Shown piece by piece: positions 34,393 to 45,310 of a stretch of DNA of 64,000 nucleotides. Both the position numbers and the translations under genes were made by a program. Every line of letters begins with the position of its first letter. Positions within the stretch are counted from its first letter, which is position 1. The notes under the pieces were generated by a model that was not told the origin of the DNA, ran no database searches, and worked only from the letters and a program-made list of their open reading frames with translations. This DNA comes from Methanocaldococcus indicus (GTDB lineage Archaea; AGJL01; Methanococci; Methanococcales; Methanocaldococcaceae), in NCBI RefSeq assembly GCF_049554935.1, contig NZ_CP186926.1, positions 832,001-896,000 on the forward strand, read 5' to 3'.

Positions 34393-35067
34393 CTATCTTA
34401 TTTTTTTAATTATTGCTATTGAAAGATAGTCATTAAACTCATTAAAATCAATATCTTTTATTTTTCCAAAAACAGCTTTTTCATTATCAAATGTGGCTCT
34501 TTTAACTAATCCTATAACAATATCATCCCTATCTTTAATTTTTTCTAATTTTTTCTCTAAGTTTTTAGTTTTCATTATTATTATAGTGTCAAATTCATCT
34601 ATGTATTTCTCTATATCTTTGCCTTGTGGAAGAATACAGAGTTTTTCATCACCTTCAACTAATGGAATATTTAAAGCTTTTGCAGCAGCAAATATAGAAG
34701 ATATTCCATTGACTATTTCAACTTTAATATCTCTCTCCAATAACTTTTTCCATAGATATGAAAAAGTGCTATATAAAGTAGGGTCCCCAATTGTTATAAC
34801 TGCAACGTCTCTTTTTTCATTAACAATTTTGTTAATTGCAAGGTCCCAATACTTTTTAGTTTTTTCTTTATCTTTAATCATTGGAAATAAGAGTTCTTCA
34901 ACTTCTTTATCATTAATGTAATCTTTAACTATTTCATAAGCAACTGATTTTCTACCTTCTTTGGATATAGGAACAAACACCTTATCAACTTTTTTTAAAA
35001 TATTTAGTGCTTTTAGTGTTATTAGCTCTTTATCTCCTGGACCTACTCCTATACCATACACTATCAT
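34393..35067 (-). CDS. cbiL: Cobalt-precorrin-2 C20-methyltransferase
   Basis: GIGVGPGD.ELITLKA, FPM, GDPTLYSTF, GISS. Confidence 0.93.
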   Translation of the reverse strand: MIVYGIGVGPGDKELITLKALNILKKVDKVFVPISKEGRKSVAYEIVKDYINDKEVEELLFPMIKDKEKTKKYWDLAINKIVNEKRDVAVITIGDPTLYSTFSYLWKKLLERDIKVEIVNGISSIFAAAKALNIPLVEGDEKLCILPQGKDIEKYIDEFDTIIIMKTKNLEKKLEKIKDRDDIVIGLVKRATFDNEKAVFGKIKDIDFNEFNDYLSIAIIKKIR

Positions 35068-35246
35068 TGTAATCTCCTAATCTAAGTTAAAGACTAATAA
35101 CTTATTAACTACTATTTAAATTTTATAAAAATTATTTTAACTGTTTATTTTGAATTTTTAGAGTTATATATATAATTTTATTTTAACTAAAAGTATATAT
35201 ACAATATGAAACAAAGACAAAAACTAAAATAAATGGAGTTGGAAAT

Positions 35247-35696
35247 TTGATAAATAAAGGAGATAAAGTTAAAGTTGATTATGTTTTAGAGGTTGATGGA
35301 AAAGTTATTGATACATCAATTGAAGAAGTGGCTAAGGAGCATAATATTTATAATGAAGAGAGAGAATATCAACCAATTGAGTTTGTTGTTGGTAGTAACC
35401 AACTAATTGAAGGATTTGAAGAAGCTGTTATAGGAATGGAAGTTGGTGAAGAGAAAGAAGTTGTTATACCTCCAGAAAAAGGATATGGATATAGAGATGA
35501 AAATCTTATTCAAGAAATTCCAAAAGAGATGTTTGAAGGAGCTGATTTTGAGCCTGAGGAGGGAATGCTAATTTTAGCAAATGGTATGCCTGCTAAGATA
35601 ATTAAAGTAACTGATGATACAGTTGTTTTAGATTTCAACCATGAATTAGCTGGAAAGGAACTTAAATTTAAAATTAAAGTAGTTGATAAAGAATAA
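35247..35696 (+). CDS. FKBP-type peptidyl-prolyl isomerase (short SlyD-like)
   Basis: [24 protein letters not shown]. Confidence 0.95.
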   Translation: MINKGDKVKVDYVLEVDGKVIDTSIEEVAKEHNIYNEEREYQPIEFVVGSNQLIEGFEEAVIGMEVGEEKEVVIPPEKGYGYRDENLIQEIPKEMFEGADFEPEEGMLILANGMPAKIIKVTDDTVVLDFNHELAGKELKFKIKVVDKE

Positions 35697-36967
<1,271 letters not shown>

Positions 36968-37879
36968 CTATGAACTGTCCATTTTCTATAATTTCTCCAA
37001 TCTCTATAAATTTCATTTCTTTTAATTTTCTTTTTATAGTTGTTAATTTATTTGTAGTAAATAGAATTTCAAATTCTTCCCCACTATTTAAAGCTACTTT
37101 TATAGGATTTAAATTAAACTCTTCACAAAATTCTAAGACATCCTCTGGAATTAATTTATATAATTTATCTGAGTAGATATAAAAGCTCTTAAAATATTTT
37201 AACTCCTTAGCTAAGCCATCTGAAATATCACAAGCTCCTCTTACAAATTCTACAATTTTCAAAAACTCAATTTTAGCTCTTGGATATCTTAACTTTTTAA
37301 ATATTTCTTTATATTTTTCTTCATACTTTTCTAATTCATTTTTTGAGATTTTTCCTCTCTTATATCTATAATAAAGATAGAGGGCACAATACACTCTCCC
37401 AATATTGTTAGTAACAACTAACTTATCTTTTGCATTTCCACATCTATATAGTGGTTTTATACACTCTCCAAGAGCAAAGCCTGATAAAACTAACTCATAT
37501 CCTTTAACTGTATCACCACCAATAATAGGACATTTGTATATTTCTGAGTATTCATATAATCCTTTATATAACTCTTTTATAAAATCTTCATTAGCCTCAT
37601 ATTTTGATAAGACAATAGATAACAAAAAATAAAGTGGCTTTGCACCACAACTAACCAAATCAGATATATTTGCTGTTAAAACTCTTACTCCAATCTGGTA
37701 AGGAGTTAATATATCAGGAATATGAGTTTTTCTACATATTGTGTCAGTAGTTAGGGCTAAATATTTATTATTGAAGTTTATAATTGCACAGTCATCTCCA
37801 ATACCTTTTATAGTATTTTTATTGTTGTATTTTAAAATATTTTTTATAATTTCAATTATTTTGAGTTCATCCATAACTA

Positions 37880-39151
37880 TCAAATTGGAAGTATTGTATT
37901 TCTAACTGGGACATAAGTAGGGATTTTTAAGTTTTTCCAGATAGTCATTGCAAATGAATGTGCTTGGTATCTTTCTCCATGCATAACAATAGCTTTCTTT
38001 GGAGTAGGTAGTTTTTTTAAATATCTAACTAATGAGTTATAATCAGAATGAGCTGAGAACTCTATTTTAATAACTTTTCCTCTAATTGGAATAGTATTTT
38101 TAAAAGGAGTTATTTCGTTTGCTCCTTCTTCTAACTCTCTTCCTAAGGTTCCCTCTGCTTGATAACCTGTTAATATTAATTTGTTTTTTGGATTTTTTAG
38201 AAGTTTTAAATATTTTAGTATAGGCCCTCCTTGTAGCATACCTGAGGTGGAGATAATAATACAAGGCTCATTATTAAATACAGAATCATCAGCTTTTTTT
38301 ATCTCTCCAAATGGATTTATTCCTGTCTCTAACATATTTCTAATTTTTGGATTCAACCATTCTGAGTAGGATAGATAAATAGAAGTGGCATGAATTAGAG
38401 AACCATCAGTATATATAGGAACTTCTTTTAAAATACCTGTTCTCATATAGTTGTTAATAATTAACAAAATCTCCTGAGCTCTTCCAACAGCAAATACTGG
38501 TATTAAAACTTTTCCTCCATTTTCAATAGTTTCAGCAATTTCATCAATTAGTTGTTTTTCTAATTCTTTTCTTGATGGTTTAATATCCAAAGGAGAGCCA
38601 TAAGTAGATTCAATTATAAGAATGTCTATTTCATCTATATCAGTATCAGCTCCTTTCATTGTTTTAGTGGAAACTTCATTAATATCTCCTGTGTAAAAGA
38701 TTTTTTTACCTTCAATTTCTAAGTAAATGGATAAACTTCCTAATATATGTCCAGCATTGTATAATTTAAATTTAATGTTCTCATCTAAAACCTTCTCCTC
38801 ATAGTAATTTAGAGGTTCAATAACCTCCATAGCTTTCTGGATATCTTCCTCTTTGAAGGATTTAGTTAAATTTAAAGTGTCTTTCCAAGTAATATACATT
38901 AAATCAGCAGTAGGATATGTGCAATAAATCTTTTTAAATTTAAAAAATGGGATAGCTCCACAGTGGTCAAGATGAGCATGGGAAACAATAACCTCATCTA
39001 TCTCTTTATCATTAATCTTAGGAATCTCTCCAGTATTTGGATGCAAACCACAATCTAATAAAATTCTTCTTTTACCTTTACCTATAATCTCTACACAACT
39101 CATTCCTACCTCTTGAGCTCCACCATGAAATTTCAACAGCATAAATTTCAC
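37880..39151 (-). CDS. beta-CASP metallo-beta-lactamase ribonuclease
   Basis: SHAHLDH, AGHILG, ESTYG, GRAQE, FSAHSD, HGE. Confidence 0.93.
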   Translation of the reverse strand: MKFMLLKFHGGAQEVGMSCVEIIGKGKRRILLDCGLHPNTGEIPKINDKEIDEVIVSHAHLDHCGAIPFFKFKKIYCTYPTADLMYITWKDTLNLTKSFKEEDIQKAMEVIEPLNYYEEKVLDENIKFKLYNAGHILGSLSIYLEIEGKKIFYTGDINEVSTKTMKGADTDIDEIDILIIESTYGSPLDIKPSRKELEKQLIDEIAETIENGGKVLIPVFAVGRAQEILLIINNYMRTGILKEVPIYTDGSLIHATSIYLSYSEWLNPKIRNMLETGINPFGEIKKADDSVFNNEPCIIISTSGMLQGGPILKYLKLLKNPKNKLILTGYQAEGTLGRELEEGANEITPFKNTIPIRGKVIKIEFSAHSDYNSLVRYLKKLPTPKKAIVMHGERYQAHSFAMTIWKNLKIPTYVPVRNTILPI

Positions 39152-39155
39152 ATTT

Positions 39156-40409
39156 TTAAATTATTTTTCCTAATAGTCCAAATGTTTTAGCATTAGTAAT
39201 TTTAACTTTTTTAAATTCACCAATATCTTCACAATCTACTTTAACAACTTTAAAATTATCTAAATAAGCTTTATTTTTATCAACAATTAGACATTTAAGA
39301 GTTTTTCCTATATATTTTTTATTTTGTTTATAGCTTAACTCTCTCCTTAGTTTATCTAAAATTCTACTTCTTTCTTTTTTTATTTTTGAATCAACTTGTT
39401 TCATTTTAGCTGCTGGTGTTTTTTTTCTTACAGTGTATTTAGCAGCATGTATATAATCAGGTTTAATCTTTTTTAACACTTCTAATGTATTGTTAAATTG
39501 CTCATCTGTTTCAGTAGGAAATCCAACAATTATATCAGTTACAAAGCATAAATCTTTTATTTTTTTTCTAAATTCTTTAACTAACTCTATAAATTCATCT
39601 ACTGTATAGCCTCTATTCATCAATTTTAATATTTCATTATCACCACTTTGTAATGGAAGATGCAAAAATTTACCAACTTTTTCAGATTTATAGCTTTCAA
39701 TAACTTCATCAACAACATTCATTAATGATTTTGGATGCATCATTCCTACTCTCATTATAAACTCTTTGTCAATAGATGATAAATCATTTAATAGATTAGC
39801 TAAGTTATCTCCTCTATCAAATCCATAACATGCTGTATCCTGTGCAGTTATAAATAAACATTTTGCTCCTTTATTTAAGATATATTTTACTCTCTCAACT
39901 AAAATCTCTCTTGGGTAGGATTTGAGAGAACCTCTTGCTAATCTAACTATACAAAAGCTACACTTACCTAAGCAACCCTCAGCAATTGGAAGAGGAGTTA
40001 TTAACTTAGGTTCTAATAAATAAAGCTTTTTATATAGCTCTTTATTAAGATTTTCATCATTATGCTCTATATTCTCATTTTTTAAATAATTTTTTAAAAT
40101 TTCTCCTGCTTTAAATGCTTCTTTTGGCAAAATGTATGGTAGATTATTAATTTTTTCTTTTAAAGCTTTTGGCAAACATCCAGCAACTACAACAAATTTA
40201 TTCATATTTTTAAATTTTTTGATTCTGTATATCATTCTATTTTCTGTCTCTAATCTTACAATACATGTATTAATTATTACAATATCTGCCTCTTCTAAAT
40301 TATCAACTATTGTAAATCCTTCTTTAATTAATGAATTTTTTATAATATCAGTGTCAGCTTGGTTCAAAACACACCCATATCCTTCAATATAAACTTTCAT
40401 AATCATCAC
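39156..40409 (-). CDS. tRNA methylthiotransferase (MiaB/e-MtaB-like radical SAM)
   Basis: YGC..N, NTC, GC UPF0004 domain; CLGKCSFC; C-terminal TRAM. Confidence 0.92.
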   Translation of the reverse strand: MMIMKVYIEGYGCVLNQADTDIIKNSLIKEGFTIVDNLEEADIVIINTCIVRLETENRMIYRIKKFKNMNKFVVVAGCLPKALKEKINNLPYILPKEAFKAGEILKNYLKNENIEHNDENLNKELYKKLYLLEPKLITPLPIAEGCLGKCSFCIVRLARGSLKSYPREILVERVKYILNKGAKCLFITAQDTACYGFDRGDNLANLLNDLSSIDKEFIMRVGMMHPKSLMNVVDEVIESYKSEKVGKFLHLPLQSGDNEILKLMNRGYTVDEFIELVKEFRKKIKDLCFVTDIIVGFPTETDEQFNNTLEVLKKIKPDYIHAAKYTVRKKTPAAKMKQVDSKIKKERSRILDKLRRELSYKQNKKYIGKTLKCLIVDKNKAYLDNFKVVKVDCEDIGEFKKVKITNAKTFGLLGKII

Positions 40410-40479
40410 AATAAATAAAAATTTATTTATAATAGGGATAATTATAATAATTATAATACTTATTTAGTTAGAAAGCTTA

Positions 40480-41436
40480 ATGGGAAATATGATGATGAAA
40501 GATTATGCATACATAGGCTTAAAAATTTTAGATTATCTTATTGAAGCTGTTAATTTTTTAAACTTAGGGGATTATGAAAAAGCTAAATTTTATATTGATA
40601 AAGCTAAGGAGTTAGATAAAGACAATCCTCTTGTATTGTTAGTAGATGGAATTATAAATTTAGTTGAGGGAAATATAGATAATGCTGAAAAAGACTATTT
40701 AAAGTTATTTTTAGATAGTAATAATAAATCAATAATTGCTCTAAGAAATTTAATATGTCTATGTTTTATTAAAGGACAGTATGATAAGGTTTTGGAATAT
40801 ATAAATAAATTAGAGAATATAAACAAAATATGTATTTTATCACCTTTTCATAAGATATTGATTTATATAGATAGATATCAGTATGATTTAGCTTTGGAAG
40901 AGATTGATAAAGCTTTAAAAAAATATCCCAATGCAACACCATTTTATAAGTTTAAAATAAATATATTGTATCACTTAGGAAGATATAGAGAAACTTATGA
41001 AATATTAGAAAAATGTTTAGAATTATCCCCAAATGATGCATATTTATGGACTATTAAAGGAGAAATTTTAGAGCACTTTAATAAACCTAAGGAGGCTATT
41101 GAAGCATATATAACAGCTCTTAATTTAAATAAAAATTTAAAGTATTTATATAAAAAGTTAGGATACTTATACTTGGAAATTGATGATGTATTAATGTCTA
41201 TAAAATATTTTGAAGAGTACTTAGAGTATAATCCAAATGATTTAGAGGCAATATTTTATTTAGGATTAGCTTATGAAAAAAACAAAGAATATAATAAAGC
41301 AATTAAGTATTACAACAAGGTTATAGACTCTAATCATAATATACTTTCAAAGATTGCAAGATTACATAAAGCAAGAATTTTAGAAAACTTAGGTAGAATA
41401 GAAGAATCTTTAGAAGAGTATAATAAACTGTTTTAG
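40480..41436 (+). CDS. TPR repeat protein
   Basis: Repeated A...Y.KAL...P TPR consensus. Confidence 0.88.
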   Translation: MGNMMMKDYAYIGLKILDYLIEAVNFLNLGDYEKAKFYIDKAKELDKDNPLVLLVDGIINLVEGNIDNAEKDYLKLFLDSNNKSIIALRNLICLCFIKGQYDKVLEYINKLENINKICILSPFHKILIYIDRYQYDLALEEIDKALKKYPNATPFYKFKINILYHLGRYRETYEILEKCLELSPNDAYLWTIKGEILEHFNKPKEAIEAYITALNLNKNLKYLYKKLGYLYLEIDDVLMSIKYFEEYLEYNPNDLEAIFYLGLAYEKNKEYNKAIKYYNKVIDSNHNILSKIARLHKARILENLGRIEESLEEYNKLF

Positions 41437-41527
41437 CTGATAAGATATAAACAGTAATTTATGTATTATAACTTTATATTAGATTTCTTTGTTAATTTTT
41501 ATTATTAATTTTTTGGAGGGATAAGCT

Positions 41528-42166
41528 ATGCAGAAAGTTAGTCCTACAAGGATGGAACTTTTAAAGTTAAAGAATAAGATAAAATTGGCTGAAAAAGGGC
41601 ATAAACTTTTAAAGCAGAAAAGAGATGCTTTAATTATGGAATTTTTTCAAATAATTGATTTGGCAGCTAATTTAAGAGAAAAAGTAGAAAGTAAGTTAGA
41701 AGAAGCTTATAAAGATTTAATTTTGGCAGAGTTAAGTATGGGGACATTAGCAGTTAAGGAGGTTTCATTTGCAGCAAAGAATGACAAGTTAGAGGTAGAT
41801 ATGGATACTAAAAATATAATGGGTGTTACTGTTCCTACTTTTGAAATATATAATGTTAAAAGAAAATTTGGGGAGAGAGGATACTCTCCTTATGGTGTTA
41901 GTGCTAAGGTAGATGAAGCAGCTAAAAAGTTTGAAGAGGCATTAGAATTAATAACAGAGTTGGCTGAAATAGAGACATCAATAAAGCTCTTAGCAGAAGA
42001 GATAATAAAAACAAAAAGAAGAGTCAATGCATTAGAGTATGTTATAATTCCAAGATTAAAAGCTCTTAAAAAATACATCTCTATGAGATTAGATGAGATG
42101 GAAAGAGAAAACTTCTTCAGATTAAAACTAATAAAAGCAAGAATAGAACAAAGAGAAGAACAATAA
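41528..42166 (+). CDS. atpD: A-type ATP synthase subunit D
   Basis: [27 protein letters not shown]. Confidence 0.97.
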   Translation: MQKVSPTRMELLKLKNKIKLAEKGHKLLKQKRDALIMEFFQIIDLAANLREKVESKLEEAYKDLILAELSMGTLAVKEVSFAAKNDKLEVDMDTKNIMGVTVPTFEIYNVKRKFGERGYSPYGVSAKVDEAAKKFEEALELITELAEIETSIKLLAEEIIKTKRRVNALEYVIIPRLKALKKYISMRLDEMERENFFRLKLIKARIEQREEQ

Positions 42167-42251
42167 TTAATTTTAAAATCTTTTTTATTTTTTATCTATA
42201 TCTTGTAATTTTAATTAATTTTAATATTAAATTAAAAAATTAAAAAAAATA

Positions 42252-42307
42252 TGGCGCGGGGGCCGGGATTTGAACCCGGGTAGGGCGGTGCCCAACGGGA
42301 TTAGCAG
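42252..42307 (-). repeat. Attachment site: 3' half of tRNA-Ser(GCT) (anticodon loop through CCA), 5' half absent
   Basis: Reverse complement CTGCTAATCCCG...long variable arm...CCGGGTTCAAATCCCGGCCCCCGCGCCA; tRNA similarity stops exactly at the anticodon loop. Confidence 0.88.
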
Positions 42308-42557
42308 GAATGATATATAAGCCAACAATATAAAATTATAAAATAGCTTTTTTATCAGAAAATAAGCTTTATTATCAAATATTAGAGTAAGTCCAGTAAG
42401 GTTATAACGCTTTTTTATGTGAAATCTCAAAGGAAATTTTAGAGGACTCTATTTTTTGGATTACTACACTGCTGGACTAAAAAAATTAGTTATAAATAGA
42501 AATGTATAAATATATAAACCATTTAAAAATTTATTAAATCTGTAAATTGTGGTATCT

Positions 42558-42791
42558 ATGGATTGGATAAGCAAAGCCATTAAACACCCTGGTTCTTTAA
42601 GAAAGAAACTACATGGTCATTTAGGTAGAGTTATAATTGGTGCCACAAAAAAGCCAATTTTCACGAAATCTGGAGATATTAACATCAATACTTTGAAGCA
42701 GTTTAGGACCACACGAGCATATCATGAGTTAGATAAAATAACAAAACAGCAAATAAATCTTGCAATAACTCTCAGAAGAATAAGAAAGTGA
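42558..42791 (+). CDS. Fusellovirus VP2-like basic DNA-binding virion protein
   Basis: MDWISKAIKHPG...FTKSGDI...LAITLRRIRK matches, from recall, SSV1 VP2 (KWVQKAIKRPG...FTKDGDI...LAKRLKRM). Confidence 0.8.
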   Translation: MDWISKAIKHPGSLRKKLHGHLGRVIIGATKKPIFTKSGDININTLKQFRTTRAYHELDKITKQQINLAITLRRIRK

Positions 42792-43156
42792 TGATTATGG
42801 AGCTCAAATGTCCAGTTTGTAAAAGTAATTATATTATTTTTGATGAGAGGCATTATGAACTGTATTGCTTTACGTGTGGTTATGTAATTGAAGATCTTTC
42901 TCTTGTTTTAGAAATTAAATATGACAGGGAACTGAACAACTTAGATAAGGAAGTTAAATATAGAAGAATTAAGAAATATAAAGAAAGAAAGGCTATGAAG
43001 TTACTGGCAGAAAAATATGACAAGCTGGGATTACCGGATTACTATTTTTATAGGTTTATTGAGTACTGTCATAGGAAAGGAATAAAGAATAATAACATCA
43101 GCAGACACATGAAGAAGCTGTATAATGACTTTGTGAGAGAATGCTTAGAGAAATAG
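42788..43156 (+). CDS. TFIIB-type zinc-ribbon protein
   Basis: CPVC.....IFD....ELYCFTCGYVIED; basic helical C-terminus, no cyclin repeats recognised. Confidence 0.8.
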   Translation: MMIMELKCPVCKSNYIIFDERHYELYCFTCGYVIEDLSLVLEIKYDRELNNLDKEVKYRRIKKYKERKAMKLLAEKYDKLGLPDYYFYRFIEYCHRKGIKNNNISRHMKKLYNDFVRECLEK

Positions 43157-43195
43157 CAATTTTTTACTGTTGTCTTTCTTTATTTTTTGGTTTGT

Positions 43196-43406
43196 TGGGG
43201 ATATTAATATCCCCAGTAAGTACAATCCTTGGGGTATTATTGTATATTTTTACTATGTGTTCATTTTTTTTAAGTTTTATTTTTCTTATAATTCATAAAC
43301 TTAAATTTAAAAATTAAAATTTTTTACTCAAAGATTGCCGAGTTCAAAAATTTTCGGCAACTTTGCTTTTTTCCAGTCAAAAATTGCCGAGTTAGTGAAG
43401 TCGGCA
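43196..43406. repeat. Palindrome cluster: 20-bp perfect palindrome and two TGCCGA-n10/12-TCGGCA dyads
   Basis: TGGGGATATTAATATCCCCA at 43196-43215; TTGCCGA..TCGGCAA at 43335-43360; TGCCGA..TCGGCA at 43385-43406. Confidence 0.85.
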
Positions 43407-43455
43407 GTTATCTACATGATGTAAGCAACTTAGGGTTGATATTTGTTTTCCTTTA

Positions 43456-43467
43456 CTCTGAGGTTAC
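43456..43467 (+). promoter_or_regulatory. CTCTGAGGTTAC motif, copy 1 (putative viral promoter element)
   Basis: Same motif at 43886 and 48345, each followed by an AT-rich TATA-like box, SD and start codon. Confidence 0.65.
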
Positions 43468-43490
43468 TAAATACAATTGGAGGTGCAAAA

Positions 43491-43883
43491 ATGAACGCAT
43501 CAATGAGTGCATCACTGCACAATTTAGCCATACAGGCAATAGCAACTATACACTCTGCACTGAATCAGCCACAATTACCAATAAGAACGAAATTAGAGCT
43601 GATAATTGACAATACAAAATATCTATTGGCGATATCTTCAGCTCTTTTAGAAGAAGAAAAAATAAAAGAATTAAAATCTGACTTAGAAAAAGCAGAAAAG
43701 GCACTATTAAATTTTGAAAAAGTAGAATTAGATGAAAATGAACAAACAATAACAACATATTCTGAGATGCAAGCAAAAATTGAAAGGAAAATCAAAGAAC
43801 GTGAGAAATACATCATAGACACATGTTTGGAAATAGTATCTGAGATTATTAATGCCACAAAAGGGCAGATCTTCTGGCAGTGA
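43491..43883 (+). CDS. Hypothetical helical protein (ATG 43491)
   Basis: GGAGGTG SD at 43479-43485; coiled-coil-like composition. Confidence 0.75.
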   Translation: MNASMSASLHNLAIQAIATIHSALNQPQLPIRTKLELIIDNTKYLLAISSALLEEEKIKELKSDLEKAEKALLNFEKVELDENEQTITTYSEMQAKIERKIKEREKYIIDTCLEIVSEIINATKGQIFWQ

Positions 43884-43885
43884 TT

Positions 43886-43897
43886 CTCTGAAGTTAC
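43886..43897 (+). promoter_or_regulatory. CTCTGAAGTTAC motif, copy 2, upstream of the capsid gene
   Basis: Followed directly by TATATAATA and by the AGGTGA SD of the 43931 ORF. Confidence 0.65.
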
Positions 43898-43930
43898 TAT
43901 ATAATATAGAGTAGTTTAGGTGAGGCTGAA

Positions 43931-44437
43931 ATGCTTGCAATTGAAGAAATGTTAAGAAATGAGAAAGTAATGAACTATGTGGAAAGCTGGAAAGGAGTTA
44001 TTTCAAAAGATGCCTCTATGAGAAGAAATTTAGAATTGATAATAAGAGCAGTTCAAGGAGATAAAGAAGCTGAAGCTATTCTATTAGTAGATAATAGACC
44101 ACTTCCATTTGCTCCAAATATAACATATGCACAAATGAACAGTTTAGTTATTTTAACAGCAAGAAAAAGCTTAGAGAGGGTTCCAGCAACTGTGGATATA
44201 GCTGTTGCTGGTATTGTAATTTTGGTTGCTCTTATTATTGGAGTTTTAATAATGACACAGGTTAAAAGCACAGCTATGGCTGTGGCAACTGCGAATAATG
44301 ACACTGATGCTATAAACTTGATTAATAGTGTATTCAATACAGGAAAAGCAGGACTAATTATTTTAGCACTGTCAGTTCTCGTTTTAGGAGCTGTAGTTAT
44401 AATTGGATACTTGAGAGGTATTGGGGGAGGTAGATAA
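43931..44437 (+). CDS. Putative major capsid protein precursor, spindle-virus type
   Basis: Hydrophilic N-terminal half, then two hydrophobic helices (IAVAGIVILVALIIGVLIM; AGLIILALSVLVLGAVVIIGYL) joined by a polar linker with an NDT sequon; own promoter motif; VP2 nearby. Confidence 0.7.
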   Translation: MLAIEEMLRNEKVMNYVESWKGVISKDASMRRNLELIIRAVQGDKEAEAILLVDNRPLPFAPNITYAQMNSLVILTARKSLERVPATVDIAVAGIVILVALIIGVLIMTQVKSTAMAVATANNDTDAINLINSVFNTGKAGLIILALSVLVLGAVVIIGYLRGIGGGR

Positions 44438-44439
44438 AC

Positions 44440-44505
44440 ATGGCTAGAAAAAGAACAAGAACAAGAAGGAAAAAGAAATCTGGAAGAAGGAAGAAGAGGA
44501 AATAA
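44440..44505 (+). CDS. 21-aa protamine-like peptide MARKRTRTRRKKKSGRRKKRK
   Basis: Below ORF-track cutoff; GGAGGT SD 8 nt upstream; starts 2 nt after the capsid stop; T-rich terminator follows. Confidence 0.7.
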   Translation: MARKRTRTRRKKKSGRRKKRK

Positions 44506-44530
44506 GTTTATTTGATTTTTTTATTTTTTC
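44506..44530 (+). terminator. Oligo-T terminator after the capsid/protamine transcript
   Basis: GTTTATTTGATTTTTTATTTTTTC directly after the stop codon. Confidence 0.5.
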
Positions 44531-44572
44531 ATACTTTCTGAAATTCTTAATTTATAAAGTAGGTAATTAATT

Positions 44573-44887
44573 ATGATAAGCTTAACACTTTACATTCTTC
44601 TTTGGATTTTAGCGTTAATATTCTTTGGTGCAAGCTTTCTAACTTATGGAGGGAAAAGAATAATTTTCAATGTAATATCATTCATTCTATTCTTTATAAT
44701 TGCTTTAATAGTTGATGTTACTACAGTTCAGGCAATAGAAGTTAATAATACAATACAATATGCCAAAATACACATTGAAGGAGTCAGTATTTTTCAGTAC
44801 ATTAGTTGGATATTTCTAAGTATAACAATAATTAGAGGTATTCAGCACGCATATCTGACATTTTCAAGGTCAAGGGGGGATGAATAA
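44573..44887 (+). CDS. Small viral membrane protein (about 3 TM)
   Basis: Three hydrophobic segments; NNT sequon in a loop. Confidence 0.75.
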   Translation: MISLTLYILLWILALIFFGASFLTYGGKRIIFNVISFILFFIIALIVDVTTVQAIEVNNTIQYAKIHIEGVSIFQYISWIFLSITIIRGIQHAYLTFSRSRGDE

Positions 44888-45306
44888 TGGATGAGATTGA
44901 CGCACTGAGAGCACAGATTTTTTCTATGCTTAATCAATCAACACAAGAACAAACTCAACAATCTTTAAAAGACAATTTTGTTTATTTTGCAGCGGAAGCA
45001 TTTGAGATAGACAAGGAAACATTAAAAAAATATTGGGGTTTTCTCAACAAAGACATAACAACTACAAACATATCTGAAAAATACATAGAAGAGCTTAGAC
45101 TGTTAGCTACAGCTGTTTATCTTGAAGAGTATGAGACAATTCCTACTTCAGAATTAGCGGAAGACCACAACAGAAATTTTTGGAATCTTGATGTAGCAGT
45201 TTTAACAAGAGCAAGAAAATCTATTGGAGGATTTTTAATTAAGAAAGCAACTGAAAAACATATATCAATACAAGGTAGTGAAAGAGAGGAAAAAAAACTC
45301 TGGTGA
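44887..45306 (+). CDS. Hypothetical viral protein
   Basis: TAATG stop/start coupling; no family recognised. Confidence 0.75.
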   Translation: MDEIDALRAQIFSMLNQSTQEQTQQSLKDNFVYFAAEAFEIDKETLKKYWGFLNKDITTTNISEKYIEELRLLATAVYLEEYETIPTSELAEDHNRNFWNLDVAVLTRARKSIGGFLIKKATEKHISIQGSEREEKKLW

Positions 45307-45310
45307 GTAA

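Noticed and set aside
41528-42166. atpD separated from the ATP synthase operon
   Set aside because: As far as I recall this is the normal arrangement in Methanocaldococcus; not novel
42252-42340. Complete or intron-containing tRNA-Ser gene
   Set aside because: Sequence beyond the anticodon loop has no 5' anticodon stem, D-arm or acceptor strand nearby; better explained as an att duplication
42227-42430. 67-aa minus-strand ORF
   Set aside because: Reads through the tRNA-derived att site; no recognisable integrase fragment
44440-44505. Ribosomal protein L41e
   Set aside because: Similar size and charge but lacks the Trp-containing L41e pattern and sits in a viral operon
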